A DNA stretch of 62,120 bases, filler included, from Choristocarpus tenellus KU-1152 (Eukaryota; Protista; Phaeophyceae): NCBI GenBank assembly GCA_964200185.2. It is 8 parts of 8 records of this genome, joined end to end, with 100 filler letters (N's around TTAATTAATTAA, not from the genome) between each part and the next. Parts side by side here need not be neighbours in the genome. Positions count along the whole stretch, not along the records: positions 22,487 to 37,635 come from CAXNAD020001047.1; positions 37,736 to 44,222 come from CAXNAD020008024.1; 6 more parts are not named here. The stretch is one strand, 5' to 3'. Each line of letters starts with the position of its first letter. Position 1 is the stretch's first letter. Of the stretch, positions 24,582-37,780 are shown one piece after another. The position numbers and the translations under genes are program-made. Below the pieces are notes generated by a model that saw nothing but the letters and a program-made list of their open reading frames with translations, was not told the DNA's origin and did no database searches.

Positions 24582-27500
24582 GTATTGTCACACCCCTACT
24601 GGATGTTGTCTCAAAGTCATTGTGGATTGTTTTTGCTTGAATTTTCTGTGCTTTAGTGTTTGAAGACTTTGCCGAGGGTGTGTGCACAATTTTGATATGG
24701 GACTTGATCGTCATAATATGCGAGTCTCCTCTTCTCCCTGCCTTTGTACCCCTGTGTATAGGAAGCAGGTCATGTGTGCATTGCTAGTGTTATGTGCGGC
24801 TGTGAATTTTTTTCATGTTATTTACGGATTGGAATTTTTTTGCGTGTGTTTGTGGATTTGTGTGAAAGAGTGATGCGCGTGTCTGTCTTCCAGTGTTGTA
24901 CAGTTGTACGCAATATAGGAAAATTCTCTTGAGTATATACTAGTAAGGCATTGTGTGGAACCCCAGCACAGCAAGCGGCACGGTTGTGTCCCGACAATAA
25001 GTAAAGGTGTCACTGACATTGTACACAGAACACTACGTAGCAGTAGAAGAAATGGCTACTGTGTTCTGAACCAGTGTATGTTCCACATAGCAAGGTTGGC
25101 TGATCATGACTTCAATCTGTGCTGAAAGTCAATCGGTAGCGACTTTTACCCTATGACAGGGAGACAAGTCATTCTTTGTTGTAAGTGCAACTTGAGGCCA
25201 TGATGGCAGGTGGAGTATGCGGTAGGTATGGTGTGTAGTAATTTTTATTCTGTTAACATTTATGTCAGGTAAATAGCGTGTTAGCTAATTGTGCGTAATT
25301 TCTGTCAAGCAAGAAAGGGGATATTTGGTCTCTTGTCATGACTACTACTGCAATCTATAGGTATGCAAAGTCTGTATCAGATACTTCAAACAGATGAGTT
25401 CTCTCTTTAAAGTCAATACAAGGTGGGTAACAACCTACTCAAACCCAAGTCAACCAAACAGCTTTATGTCAATACTATTACTTATTCTGATTTTATCTAA
25501 ATTCTGTTGTCATTGTTATGGCTATTTTTGCTCCAAGCATTCACAACAGCTTACTATGTATAGCAGTCTTGATGTGTGTGTGAGATTTCAGACTTTTTGC
25601 TTGAACCCCCCCACCCTACCCTACTCTGTACACCTTTCCGCTGGAACACTTGAAGGATATTACCTACATATATCATTCCAATCAAAACGATATATATCGC
25701 TACTCTGATTCTCCAGTATGTGGTTTTGCATAGGTGCTTTGTTTGATGAAAAGTAGGAAATGTTTGACAGGCACCACCACGTAGCAACATACTCCATCAT
25801 TTCATTCTTTTTATCACAATCAATTGCTGTGAACTTCAATCCAGTGAGGTATTTGGTATTGTTGTGAAATGACAGTAAAGTAGTAGGCGGAAGGAAGTAA
25901 GAGACCAATGCAACCTTTGCATAGCCTGGACAACGGAATTGGTTAATACCATGCTCACTTTGAGTTATGATGATAACATAATGACTCTTTCAGAACACTC
26001 TAGTTCAATACACCCTAATGTATTAACACACTACATACCGTGTTGTTTACCATAGTACTTAAGTCGAAAACGTAACCTATCATGTCTTGTTGCGCCTTGG
26101 AACACTCAAGTCCAAAGTATACGGAGATTACGTACATAATATGTTGTAGTGTTATGTTATGGGCAAAAATATAGATGAGGATTGATACTGATTAACATTA
26201 CTGTTGAAGTGTAACATGTGCTGCGCCAAAACTTCAATATGTGTGTGTGTGTAGTAGTACATGCCACTTTTGTAAATGATGGGCAACACTACTGATAATG
26301 TATGTATAGTGTTGTCATGGTGCATGCCTGCGCATCCGAGACTGCTGCACTACTGATGTACATGCATCAAGTCAGGGATGGCCTGTCTACTTTTCATCAC
26401 TAGGAAAGAGAAGCAAAATGAAAAAAGACAAGATGATAAATTTAACCATGAGAGAAAGCTCAGGAAGTGTAACATTAACACCATTCAGAACACATTTTTA
26501 GTGAGGTGAAACAATCTGTCTCAAACGATATCCAACAAATCTCCTAAGCACTATTGGGTGGTTGTGACAGAAAGTGACGGTTACTAAGAAAAAAAAGTGC
26601 TTTATAACAATCTTGACGATGTGTACACTGACAAAAAAAAACACTGGCGAGGAGTGATGTCTATTGTACACAGAAATAGTCTCAGGATCGATGGAGTAAG
26701 TGTTGATGGTATCAGTGAGATTGTTGGTGTCCAGTGGCCACACACCGAAACAAGGTTGTCAGTATCTGTATCCCCTTGGGGTGATAAGGTACTGCCAATT
26801 TAGCCTCCTCCTCCCTTGAGAGCTAAGGCAACCTCCTTGGAACAGAATCATGTTCCCTGGGTCTATTGAAAGTCCTCTTGCGAGAGACCACTTCCCTCTG
26901 ATTATTGTCGGGGAAGTATCGTTCTTCCTACTGTTGATGACACGGGAAACCCTCGAAGTGTTGTCCAATGTGCACTGCTCGCAGTTGCTCGCTAGTAAGA
27001 TACCTCCTAAACTCACGTATCTCTATCGTACATTGCTGAACAGGAAGTGTTCATTGCCAGCAACCATATTACACAACAAACATCATACTATATATCATCT
27101 ACTCATTTGCCCACTGCACATCTTTCAAAAGATCTCGTTTGGTGGATGGGGGAGAAGCAACACCCGACAAGAGAAGGCGGTCAGTTGGGTCATTTTACTG
27201 ACCATTCCAGAGTTGAAGATGAGGACATTGTTGGGTTCAGCCGTCCCTCTGCTCGTCGCTTCACATCCTCTTGGGATGTTGTATAGTGCCTATGTGACCG
27301 CAATGAAGATGACCTGGGTTTCACAGTTTTTTTCTCCGTGATTAACGACAGGCAGGAGGGTATAGGTGTACCTTTCTGTTGTGCTAGGCATATATGACAT
27401 GTGGTTTGAGGCACAGTGCATCGCACTACTACCTACTACTGTAATTATCATTGTTGCACCATGAATACTTTGTACTGCCTCCCTTCATGCTTTGCTTCTC

Positions 27501-27598
27501 ACATGTTGGGTTCAACCATCCAACTGCTTGTTGCTCCACCTCCTCCCTTTAACGTTGTGCTGGACTTGCCTCGGCATCACTCCGCAATGAATACTTAC

Positions 27599-28604
27599 GA
27601 TCTCCAATTTGATCCAGCAATTAAGTGGTAAAGCGACAAATAGGGTAGTACAACCGACAAGTTTGAAATCAATCTATTGTGGTGCTTGCCACATGGAATT
27701 TTGATGATCGAAATCAGATTTACTGGATTAGAAGTACAGTACCAATAGGGCTCAGACTCGGAAAATATATGCAGGGGGTAGTCTCCATAACCACGAGTCG
27801 TGAGAGCGCTCATATTAGCCGGGTTTAAACGGGCCCATTCAATGGGCTGAAACTGGCAGACTACCACTCCTGGTGACGATCCCTGAATTGTGAAGGATAA
27901 ACAAACGCAAGATAAATCTTCTCATGAGACAACTCTAAGGGCTTGGGCCAGCTGTATGATCCGGCAGTACTCAGAATGACATGACATATCAACCTCAATC
28001 TGCAACCCAAAAGTGCTTATAGCAAAGCTCCTGCAGGGTTCAGATCGTCACTAGGCACAGCAGCAAGCGGAAATAAGAGGGGTAAATAACAGGGTTCGCC
28101 AATCTTATGATTCTCATAAGATAAGGTACCTTCCAACCAATAGACAACGGAAAAGAAAAATAACCCCTGAAACCTGGAAATTATGTACTATAAATATTGT
28201 ATCTACTACTATTTAGTACTCTGTATATTATATATATGAGATCCTCCACAAGTTCATTGTCAATCTTAAAATGTCGACAGATAATTCCACCACTATCTGC
28301 CCTGGTGGAACATTGGTATCTCAATGTTTGACAGTCAGTCAAACCTCTCTCCATCGTGTGATGATGAATATCCCGCCAATAATGCAGAAGACGGGGCCAA
28401 GAATATGTGTGTGGTTAACATTAGTGTAGCTAGAATGAAGAAGAGAGCTACCCTACGTGGGCTGTAAAACTGAAGAGTTCGAAATACGAAGAGGACCTTC
28501 AACTTGGTTGAAGGTAACACAAATGATGGGGTCTGCTTAAACAGGTCACTCCACAGGTCTGGGTCTTCATCACTTCCACCAACCACCCCCTCCCTAAACA
28601 TCAT
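27599..28604 (-). CDS. Putative gene or pseudogene, possibly a type II membrane protein; structure unresolved
   Basis: ORF 28604-28335 has a basic stretch followed by a hydrophobic one (RRVALFFILATLMLTTHIFLA). Segment 27882-27599 is open and bounded by TTCAG/GTAAGT. Downstream candidate exons could not be put in phase. Confidence 0.3.
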
Positions 28605-28612
28605 TTACTCAA

Positions 28613-28770
28613 GAGTGAAAGTATCTTAGAGGGTACGAGTTTTGCCCTGTTGTCCATTATTATTTGGGGCTTGGCTTCCCACAGGATTTTTTATGACATT
28701 TTCGTATTCCAAAATATTTCGGAGTAGGTAAAATGTAAACGTTATGAAAAGGTGTGTCCGGAACAAGGAT
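28613..28770 (+). mobile_element. MITE family A, left part only
   Basis: GAGTGAAAGTATCTTAGAGGGTACGAG...GTGTCCGGAACAAGGAT, then an abrupt switch to duplicated gene sequence. Confidence 0.88.
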
Positions 28771-30958
28771 CTAAGTACTTAAAACTGTAATGTGTTTTCT
28801 GGTGATAAGATGGTAGGCATGTTTTCGATGTCTTGTCCCAAACCCTTCTCACTTTGAAATTATGTGCTGGTGCCCATAGCTCTCCAGGCGTTTGAGCCGA
28901 TCTCAAGCAAGCACTCTGTACTCTGCGAGGATGAAGAGTGGGAGGTGAGATCAAAGCAGCAAAAATAAAACACACACACATTGTCCATCAAAAACATGCC
29001 TCGATATTTAACAGTAGCAAATCATGTGGTAGTCAGTCTGCTGGATGTGAAAAGCCTCCTAGATTGGAAACTATTATCTAGAGCAGTTGCGAAAACCTAC
29101 GCACTCCGGATCACAACAACTCGAAGCAAAGGCAACCCGATCATTAACAGTACCATATATTTACTCAAACAGAAACTTTGAGAGCGCTCCACCCTGTACT
29201 GTTGGCACAGCAAAGGGCGTAAGACTCTGACCTTCAACCTCTCCAACCCTTGCTGTCCCTTCTCTGCAGTTTCTTTCCGTGAAAGAGGAGAAAAGCGGGA
29301 TCCGCTACATTAATCCAAGTCAAGAGACTCCTTGGAGCTTCCAACAACCATCGCCCCTTTGGTCCCCCGTGGCCCCCATTGAGGTAGAGGATCCTCTTCT
29401 ATTAACTGAAAAAAGAGAAAGGAGAAAAATGATGAGATCCCAACACCACTCCACTTTCCACAAAGCTCAAACGATCACAACACGCGCAAGCCTACACCCC
29501 CTTTTGTGATTTCCCTTCCGAAGGTACAAAGATCAAAACCTGATAGCACAACGAAAGGGCTAAGGTTCTGGGTGTAACTCCCCCACAAGGACCAGACCGC
29601 AATCTTGACAAGCTTGTGCACCATCCAACCCTCCCCTGACTCCATCTCCTCATTTGGGTGAAGTCAGGGTAGAGTTGTTTGGTGCTGAAGTTTGCGCGGG
29701 TTGCAGTCTGGTATTTGTCTAGCAGTCGCTTCGGGGGGTTAGACCCTGAACTTTATTTCTTGCGGCAATATTGTTCCGTCATGTCTGGATGTTGGTACCT
29801 ACGCAGGGGAAATCACGAAGGGGGTGTGGGGTTCATGGGGATGATGGTGGTCGGTGCAAGATCCAAGGACTCCCTTGGGTTGGGGAAAGTGTATCGGATC
29901 CTGTTTTTCTCCTCTCCCAAGAAAAGAAACTGCAAGGTGGGAGAGCAAGGGGTTGAGAAGTTTATGGTCAGGGTCATATGCACTTTGCTGAGGAGGTGGA
30001 GTGGAGTTGGGGGAGCATGGTTTGGTGATCAAGGCAGCCTGGGTTGCTGTCCTGTGTTTGGCTACTAGTCACCTGAGGGGGTTAGACCCTGAACTTTAGT
30101 TCTTCTGGCTATATTGTGCCGACATCTCTAGACCTTTTATTTCCTGCACGGGGGTAATCACAAAGGGGGTGTGGGCTTGTGCTTGTTAGAGTTTGAGCTT
30201 TGTGGAGATGCGTAATGCCAGTGGCATCTGTCTTCCTCTTGGCTGAGGGGCAAGAAAGGCATCATAACGCTGTATATATTACCTATTTTGTGTCATTTGT
30301 CACTTATGGTACGTATATATATGTGTGTAGGAGGCTGCCAAGATTCAGCTTGCAAGGGCTTTTGAGGGGTGATTGAGGGTGAGTACCTCGTCACCTTGAG
30401 TGGTGGTGCTTAGGAGGGTTGTAGACCCCACAGTCAGGCGCAGAAGGGGGGCAAGGATGAGCAGAACGTAAAGACTAGTGTGTTGAGAAATATAACGGAT
30501 AAATTGTAATCTGTTTAGCAGGGATGTGTGCTGTGGTTAAAGCTCTTTTTCTTCCATGAGCATGATTGGTGGTTGTTGTAAGGTGGAAACTAGAACATCG
30601 CATGGTGATAGAAGTGTTGCTTCACAGTAGCATGTTCTTTTGCAGGGGCATGTGCTATATTACAGTACTTCTGGGTTATTGGGTGTTGTTTACTCTATAG
30701 TGTTGATGGTATGACGTGTATTGAGTATGGATGGTTGTCTTTTTGTTTCAGAGGGGGAAGGAACCAGGCCATGCTTATTGTGTAAAGGCTCTTGTATCAC
30801 TATCTGCTGATGCTTTCTGTCTTGTGCATCTCCCATGTCCTATTGTATACCAGACAACTTGTTGAGGGGTGTTGTTGTTCATCACTGCTGTCTTTTCTCA
30901 TTCAATCGTGTGTTTATTAGTAGGATGTGTTGGAGTGCTTGTTGCAAGAGCTTTATCT
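28771..30958. pseudogene. Rearranged partial duplicates of the neighbouring Tudor-domain gene (five fragments, alternating orientation)
   Basis: Exon copy 28888-28944 (AFEPISSKHSVLCEDEEWE) corresponds to 35359-35303. FLSVKEEKSGIRY at 29270 corresponds to FLSLGEEKNRIHY at 34810. Three copies of the C-terminal segment (one degenerate). 30000-30958 is the reverse-complement homologue of 33800-32808. Confidence 0.85.
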
Positions 30959-33700
30959 GGGGAAGGCCATGTAAGGAATCCTAGGTCTGACTGACAGAAC
31001 AGGTACTTTACAAGTTGCCCTGGGCAACTCAGAACTACTAGAATGCTAATGATTAACTCTCTCTCTACTATTTCTTTCAGCTGTTCTTGTTGAGCCTACT
31101 TCCAATTATCTAACTCCTCCAAGATCAGTCTTCTCTCTAATCATCTCTGTTATTGCATGTTGAGGTTGGTATCATGTAGAGCTGGCTACAGGGAACTCTT
31201 GCTGCAGACCAAGACCTTCAGCACTTTCATAATAGGCTTCCCTCACCAATCAGAAGATCCTCACCTACAGCTCTCGGTGCAGATGCTCTTCCCCCCAACT
31301 CAGACCTTCCTTCACGATACACTGCTACTTGAATAGACAGTACCCCTCTTAAGAAACCTCGTATGATCTGCCAACTCACCTTGTGCATTGATTGTCTTAT
31401 AAATTTAGTGGGCATGACGGGACCAGCTACAGGTATTACATGCATTCCTAGCCTTGGTACCTTGGTTGTAGACTAACCCAATTATTTTAGTCTGTCAGAT
31501 ATTTCCTGCACTTAGTTTGCTTTTTAGTATGTAGTGAGTGTATATAGAAATTATTAGTGTTAGGAGCAGATGGATGATCACAGGAGGAAAAGAGACACCT
31601 TGAAGGTCAATCTTGCTTTGATCAAAAGCTGGTTTGCTGACAATTGATTCTACAAAAATAATGTAATGCTCAAAATACCAGGACAACTAAATCCAACTCT
31701 AGTAAATTCCTCAATCAGCATGTATGTAACAACAGCCCTGAAAAAGGAGAAGATTGGGGAGTCAGGAATATATAGACATACATGCTTGTCCAAGGCCTAC
31801 CCCTAGAGGGAGGGGTACCTTACAACCATGAAATTGTCGAGTTCTCACTATACATGAATACTTTCTAGGTGTTTGAAGGCAATACAAATGACAAAGCCTG
31901 CTAACCAGATCACAATGAAGACCTTGGTCCACCACATCGCCAATTCCACCAACCAGATGTGGGTAATGGGGATGACATGGAGTATGTAAAGCCTCCTTTC
32001 AGTCCATTTCATTCCCCATAGCCAAAGGACATCAATTTTGGGGGCGGGGTGGGGGAGTGGACTCGAGCAAGGCGTATGTATAGAAAACGTGGACAAAAAA
32101 GTGCACAGTGCTCTGCTGTGGTGAACAAGGTGTTTGTTTGAACGACTTCAAATATTTGGGATCAAAAGTAACCGGACCACAGACATACCTGTGCAATGAA
32201 CACTAAGATTTTCGGCGAGTATAAGATGAAAAACAAAGCGGGAATGGGTGTTTTGTAAGGGGCCACGAAATCAGGTATCAACACAAGTAGGGTTGAGGGA
32301 GTGAAGATTATTCAACACATCTGGTATTGCCGTCAGAGGAGTACCATCACTACGATGTTCTAGTATTTCTGAATGAAGTTGAAGGATCGACGTTGTACTT
32401 TTGAATCAGATACAGATGAGTTGTACATAGACTAAGGAACATACCTCTCTTTAGCACCTGTTGCGAAGCAATGTACTCCTCAGTAATCCATTGGGTTTAC
32501 AGGGTTGAACGTTTGGGAAATCAGGTGAAGTTGCATTGCCTACATTCCCGTTGTGTATGCAATTTATGTAAGGATGTTGAACATAATTTTCCATAGTTAG
32601 TCATGTCATACGTGCTTCGAATCAGTCTACGGCAGAGTACAAATTTATACTATGACCGTGTATACATGTTCAAGTACATCCCTAACATATTGGACGTGAT
32701 GACCAAAAAAGAAACAAGACGTGTTGCTTGCTACCACTCACTGATGTTCGGATTACTATTAATAACAATATTATTTTCACTGCGCTTTTTTGGTTGGTGG
32801 TATTGAGAGGATAAAACAGCTGCCTCCTGCACACTGCATTGGCGCTAAGAAACATACAACCAACCTACTTGCAGCATCAGTGGTAACACTAACACCCCTT
32901 ACCAAAATACCTGGTACACAGCAATACATCGAGATACACAAGACAAAAGAAGACAGCATCAGCGGATGGCCGACGAGCATTCATACCATAGGCATGGCCT
33001 GGTTTCTTCCCCTTTCGGGACAACAGCAAGATAACCAGTCACACAAAACCCTACATTTCATAGGACCAACATTGAAGACTAAAGTAAGCACTACCCATTA
33101 TCGCAGAAATATTACTTTTGAAGTATAATACAGAACATGTCACTACAGAAGCGCATGAAACCCCCAAACCTACACCTTTATCACTGGTTGCTGCTCTCTT
33201 TAGCACCTTACAACAATAATCAATCATGCATGCAGGGAAGATAGCTTTTACCACAGCGCACCCCCCTGCTAAACAAGATGCTATTCATCCAGTTTGTTTT
33301 TCGACACCCCAGTCCCTTCTGTTCGTCCTTGCCGTGATTCTGCACCCAACATTCAGGTCCACCAGCCATCTATAAATCATCACCTAAGAGGACGAAGCAG
33401 TCGCTCACAATTCAACCCTAAAAAGTCTTTGCAAGTACAATCTTGCCAACACCCTACACAAACACACGTACCACACACTCTCTCTTAACACAAGTGACAA
33501 AGTGACACAAAAACACCAAGTAGGTGAAAAGACGGCAATGATGCCTCTCTCACCCCTAAGCCAAGGGGAAGACAGATCCCAACAACACACATCTCAACAA
33601 AGCTGAACGCCCACAACAAGCAAAAACCCACAAGTCAACTTGTGATCTCCCCTGTGGGGCAATAAAGATCCAGACACGACATCACAAATTGCCGCAAGGG

Positions 33701-36456
33701 CTAAAGTTCTGGATCAAACTCCTCCAGATCACTGTCTGATGATGACTGGACTGCGACCCGGGCTGACTTGCACACCACACGCTCCTCCCCTGATTCCATC
33801 TCCTCCGATATAGACTCACCATATTTCCTTTTCCCCCCTTCTTGCTTTCTGCTAAGGTTTCCCCTCATGGTTCTGCCCTCCTTAAGCGCCACAACATCGT
33901 CTGACATGCCGACAGCACCACTGGTCTTCTGTACCAGACTGGCATCCTTCATGACAACATCCGACTCTTCTGTAGGACCCTCCTGTGCTTCCTGTAGGGT
34001 GTCCTCAGTACCCTTGCTACTGTCAACAGCCTCTCCCTGCAACTCCACCGCACCTGACTTGGACTCTGATATCTCCTCTCCCTCACCCTCACCGACGTCC
34101 ACACTGTTAGCGGAAGTCTCAACAGAAGCATTGGCCCTCCCTTCAGAGGAAGAACAAATGAAAGGTTGTATTGCATCCTCTGATGGCGCAGCATCTGGGC
34201 GCAGTGCCGCTTTGCCCACCTGCTCATCAGTCTCAGGGCCGGTGTCCCTGTCTAAAGTTGCAGGGCAACCTTCTCCATCCACTCCAGCACCAGTCCCACC
34301 CCAGCACCTTACCCTCCTCTTCCCTTCCTTTTTTGATGTCACAACTGCAATCTTAGCGTTTTTATCAGTCCGACTTGAGGTCAAATCATCTCTACTCTCC
34401 TCGAAGTCAGGCATCCTCTCATCTGCATCCATGACTACACTCCCACTCCCACCCTTGTCAATACCAGTCCCAGTCCCTCCCCCATCCCCTAGGCAACCTG
34501 GCTGGTCAGCAGTGGTGGCCTGTTGCTCTTCCTCGACAATTGTCATGAGCCTCTCCTTTCCCCTGCCACCCTTCTTTTCAAGACCTACTTCAGGAATGTT
34601 ATCACTGTTACCTCCAGTATCAAGATCAAAAGCTGTGGAATGGTTGTCGCCACAGCTGTTGCTTCCATCTGAGGCCTCTCCACCCCGATGCCGGGGCACC
34701 CCTCGAGGTGGTATTACAGGGGCAATGGCAACAGGCGGAAGCCCTAGAGAATCCCTTGGTGTGGGAGGAAGGTAGTGGATTCTATTCTTCTCCTCTCCTA
34801 AGGAAAGGAACTGCAGAAATGGGACAGTGAGGGGGTGGGGGGTTGATAAGCACCTTTGTCCTATAGCACAATTCAAGATAGGGTCCATTATAGTATGAGA
34901 GTGGGTGGTACTTCCTTGAACAAAAATGTACTTGGAGGATGAAGCTGGTACTGTTCAGAATGGGTCACATTTACTCTGAAAAATTGCAATCCAGAGTTTG
35001 CCCCGTTCTTGCAACTACTTTGGAATACAGTCCGTCAAGTTTTCTATCTATGAGACTTATGAGACTTGAACATCTAGCAGACAGTGCTACCAGAGGGGTT
35101 TCCATGAGAGGGATTCTCTCGAGAATGCCTACAAGATTTAGCTGGGCAGTTCAGATACCTCACTTCTAAACATCTTGGAGAACAAAAAAAATCCATAGCA
35201 TGTGCATATAACCAGCACCAATATGCGTATAATGCTTCAGCATGTTTGTACTCATGATAATTATCTACTTTTTTCTGTGTAGACTAGAAATGCCGATCTC
35301 ACCTCCCAGTCCTTATCCTCGTAGAGCACTAGGTGCTTCCCTGAGATTGGCTCAAACGCCTGCAGAGGTAATAATACCAGCAAAGCATCATCATAGAGGT
35401 GGAAGGGTTCGGTGTCAGAGGAGAAGTGAAAAGGGGGAGGCAGTAAAATGAACAGAACTTACCTCAATCACTAGAAAATAGTACAAACTTCAAAACTCAG
35501 AAATTACAAACATGGGAAAACCGTACTCCCCCCCCTCACCATTGGGATAAACAAATTGGGGTAACAAGTTGAGGTAAAATGTGTACATTATGAAAAGGTG
35601 TGTCCGGACCAAGGATATTTACACTTCCTAAAAAACACGATAGCCAAAATCACATCGAAATCGAAACATTGAATTTTGACCCCCAAACGGACACGGCTTT
35701 ACCCCCTAAGATACTTTGGCTCATACCCACCTTCACAGTCCCAGGGAACCACTTTCCCTCTCCCTCCCAGTGGACACAGATACGGCGTGTAACAAAGGCA
35801 TCAGAGTGGCTAAGGACACATCCTTGACAGTACCAGTGCCTCTCACGTGACAGGTCCATCTCCTCCAACGGAGGCTTGGCTCGAAGCACTCCGCACACAG
35901 TGCAGGACACCTGAATAGACATTGAATAACATGCAACAAACGGGAAGGAACAATCGTGTGCCAATGTATGTGCAAGTGTAGACAGGCTTCTGCACAGCAG
36001 AGAGTGTGTAGATTCGGAACAAAAGTATCAAAACGTCATCATCAAAAAATTAACTGACAAAACATGTAAACCGTTACATAAAAGTGGAGGAATCTCTACC
36101 TCGTCTCGTCCAAACACACACACACACACAACACTTTCAATACCTGCAATATATATATATATATATATATCAGTTGGTGCACCACAACATTGGCAGAAAA
36201 AAAAAAGCCCTAGCATCGGAACCAAAGGAGTTAATTAAGTGCGTCCATGGAGAGATGAGGTACATACAACACCATTATTCAACACTCATCACAAAGCATA
36301 TAACCTCACCCCCGGTACCGCCTTCACCCTGCCAGCCCCACCAGCAATTCTCTCCCCCTGCCGCGAGTTGGACGCGAGCGGAGGTCCCCCGCCACCGCCA
36401 GTTGTGTTATCTGTGCCCAAAGTATCGCCCGCCTCTGCCTTTCCTGTGGTGTCATC
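33701..36456 (-). CDS. Chromatin-reader-like protein: C4 (PHD/CW-like) zinc finger + Tudor-like domain + long disordered tail (5'-partial)
   Basis: Exons 36456-36310, 35910-35731, 35359-35303, 34810-33701 (TAG), all phase 0 GT-AG. VSCTVC-x19-WYCQGC, then FVTRRICVHWEGEGKWFPGTVK|AFEPISGKHLVLYEDKDWE|FLSL, a PDS5/ATX-type Tudor pattern. Confidence 0.85.
35572..35722 (+). mobile_element. MITE family A, right part only, in an intron a few nt from the donor site
   Basis: AGGTAAAATGTGTACATTATGAAAAGGTGTGTCCGG...CTAAGATACTTTGGCTC. Confidence 0.88.
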
Positions 36457-37780
36457 CTAATCGCAAGCACCAGAAAAAGATGTGTAAATACGCAATAGGG
36501 AGTTGATTTCAGCAGGTGTGATGGTGAGCCAAGAGGGGGAAACAACCAAGGTGATGCAGAGAAGAGGTATCACCTGTAGGGGGTACTTACACAGTAAAAG
36601 GTTGCAACAGTCCAGTTCCCCGACAACTTACCGATCAACTCTAACCTTGTGATAGAAAGTTCAGCCCAAGTCTTTTGCCCAGGACAACGCTCATGAAAGA
36701 AAAAAAAATGTTCTATATTGTCCATTGTATAAATCAACGCTACAGGCTTTTGTAGTGTCTACTTTCAGGACATGATGTATGAACCTAAAATACCCTGCAC
36801 TATCTCTAGCACAGGTAGGACAACAATTCAGCCCTCCATCTCACATGCGACTCTTCAAGGCCTGAGAGGAACTAAGGACAAAGAAACATTTTCTCACGAT
36901 ATGTACCTCCATTGCCTTCATGAGGTATACCTTTATTCACATAACCTAATCTCAACCCCTCTCTATCACCTCTGAAGAAAAAGAGTCTCGTATATACAAG
37001 TTGATAGGGCTACAAAACCCATCAAAATATTTATCGTGGTGGACTCCATGACTACAACAAATCAAGCAACACAAGAGCTGTAAAGAATCTTCCCCTAACA
37101 TATAGGAAATCTGTTCAGCCTAAAAAGAACTTCCACGACTTTTCGGAAGCAACACTTCCATATCTCAAAAAAAAAAAAGCTTACACTTGAAAAAATATCA
37201 CAGCTAATCAAACAGATAGATTTTCGCAACGTTCTTGGAACTAAAAATCGTACAATGATAGGGAAAAACATTTTTTATTTTCAAAAAGGGCTCAATTTTT
37301 TTTTTCCCCTACCCACCAAAAAGGTGCAACATCCCAAAGAGTTGATTCCCAAAAATTAAAAAAAAATACAGGGAAGATTTTGGAGTGAACGGCGATCACA
37401 CTCTTCCGCAGATAGAACAGCATTTCAGAACCTAGAACAAGGACGAAACCATTGTCATACATCCGAATACCCCAAGGAAGAAATAATAAAAATAACTAAA
37501 AAACATATCAAAAATATGTATGTTGTTCATGCTATCAAATTATTTACCCCGGGCTATTTTAGAGGGCGACCAATGATTGCAGGATATTCATGAAAATCCT
37601 GATTTCTGGTGACAAAAACAGGGGGCGGGGGACGGNNNNNNNNNNNNNNNNNNNNNNNNNNNNNNNNNNNNNNNNNNNNTTAATTAATTAANNNNNNNNN
37701 NNNNNNNNNNNNNNNNNNNNNNNNNNNNNNNNNNNCACACTTCACAAAACGACTCATCCTGGATGTATACTATATTGCAG

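Noticed and set aside
26640-27320. Protein-like frames (NNVLIFNSGM; DLVWWMGEK...)
   Set aside because: Could not be put in phase into a gene on either strand, and contain internal stops.
30960-32560. Exon-like fragments in the spacer between the inverted arms
   Set aside because: Stops in candidate frames and no identifiable family.
33768-34775. 335-aa plus-strand ORF (likewise 53962-54417 and 55312-55590)
   Set aside because: Ser/Pro-rich antisense shadows of real minus-strand exons.
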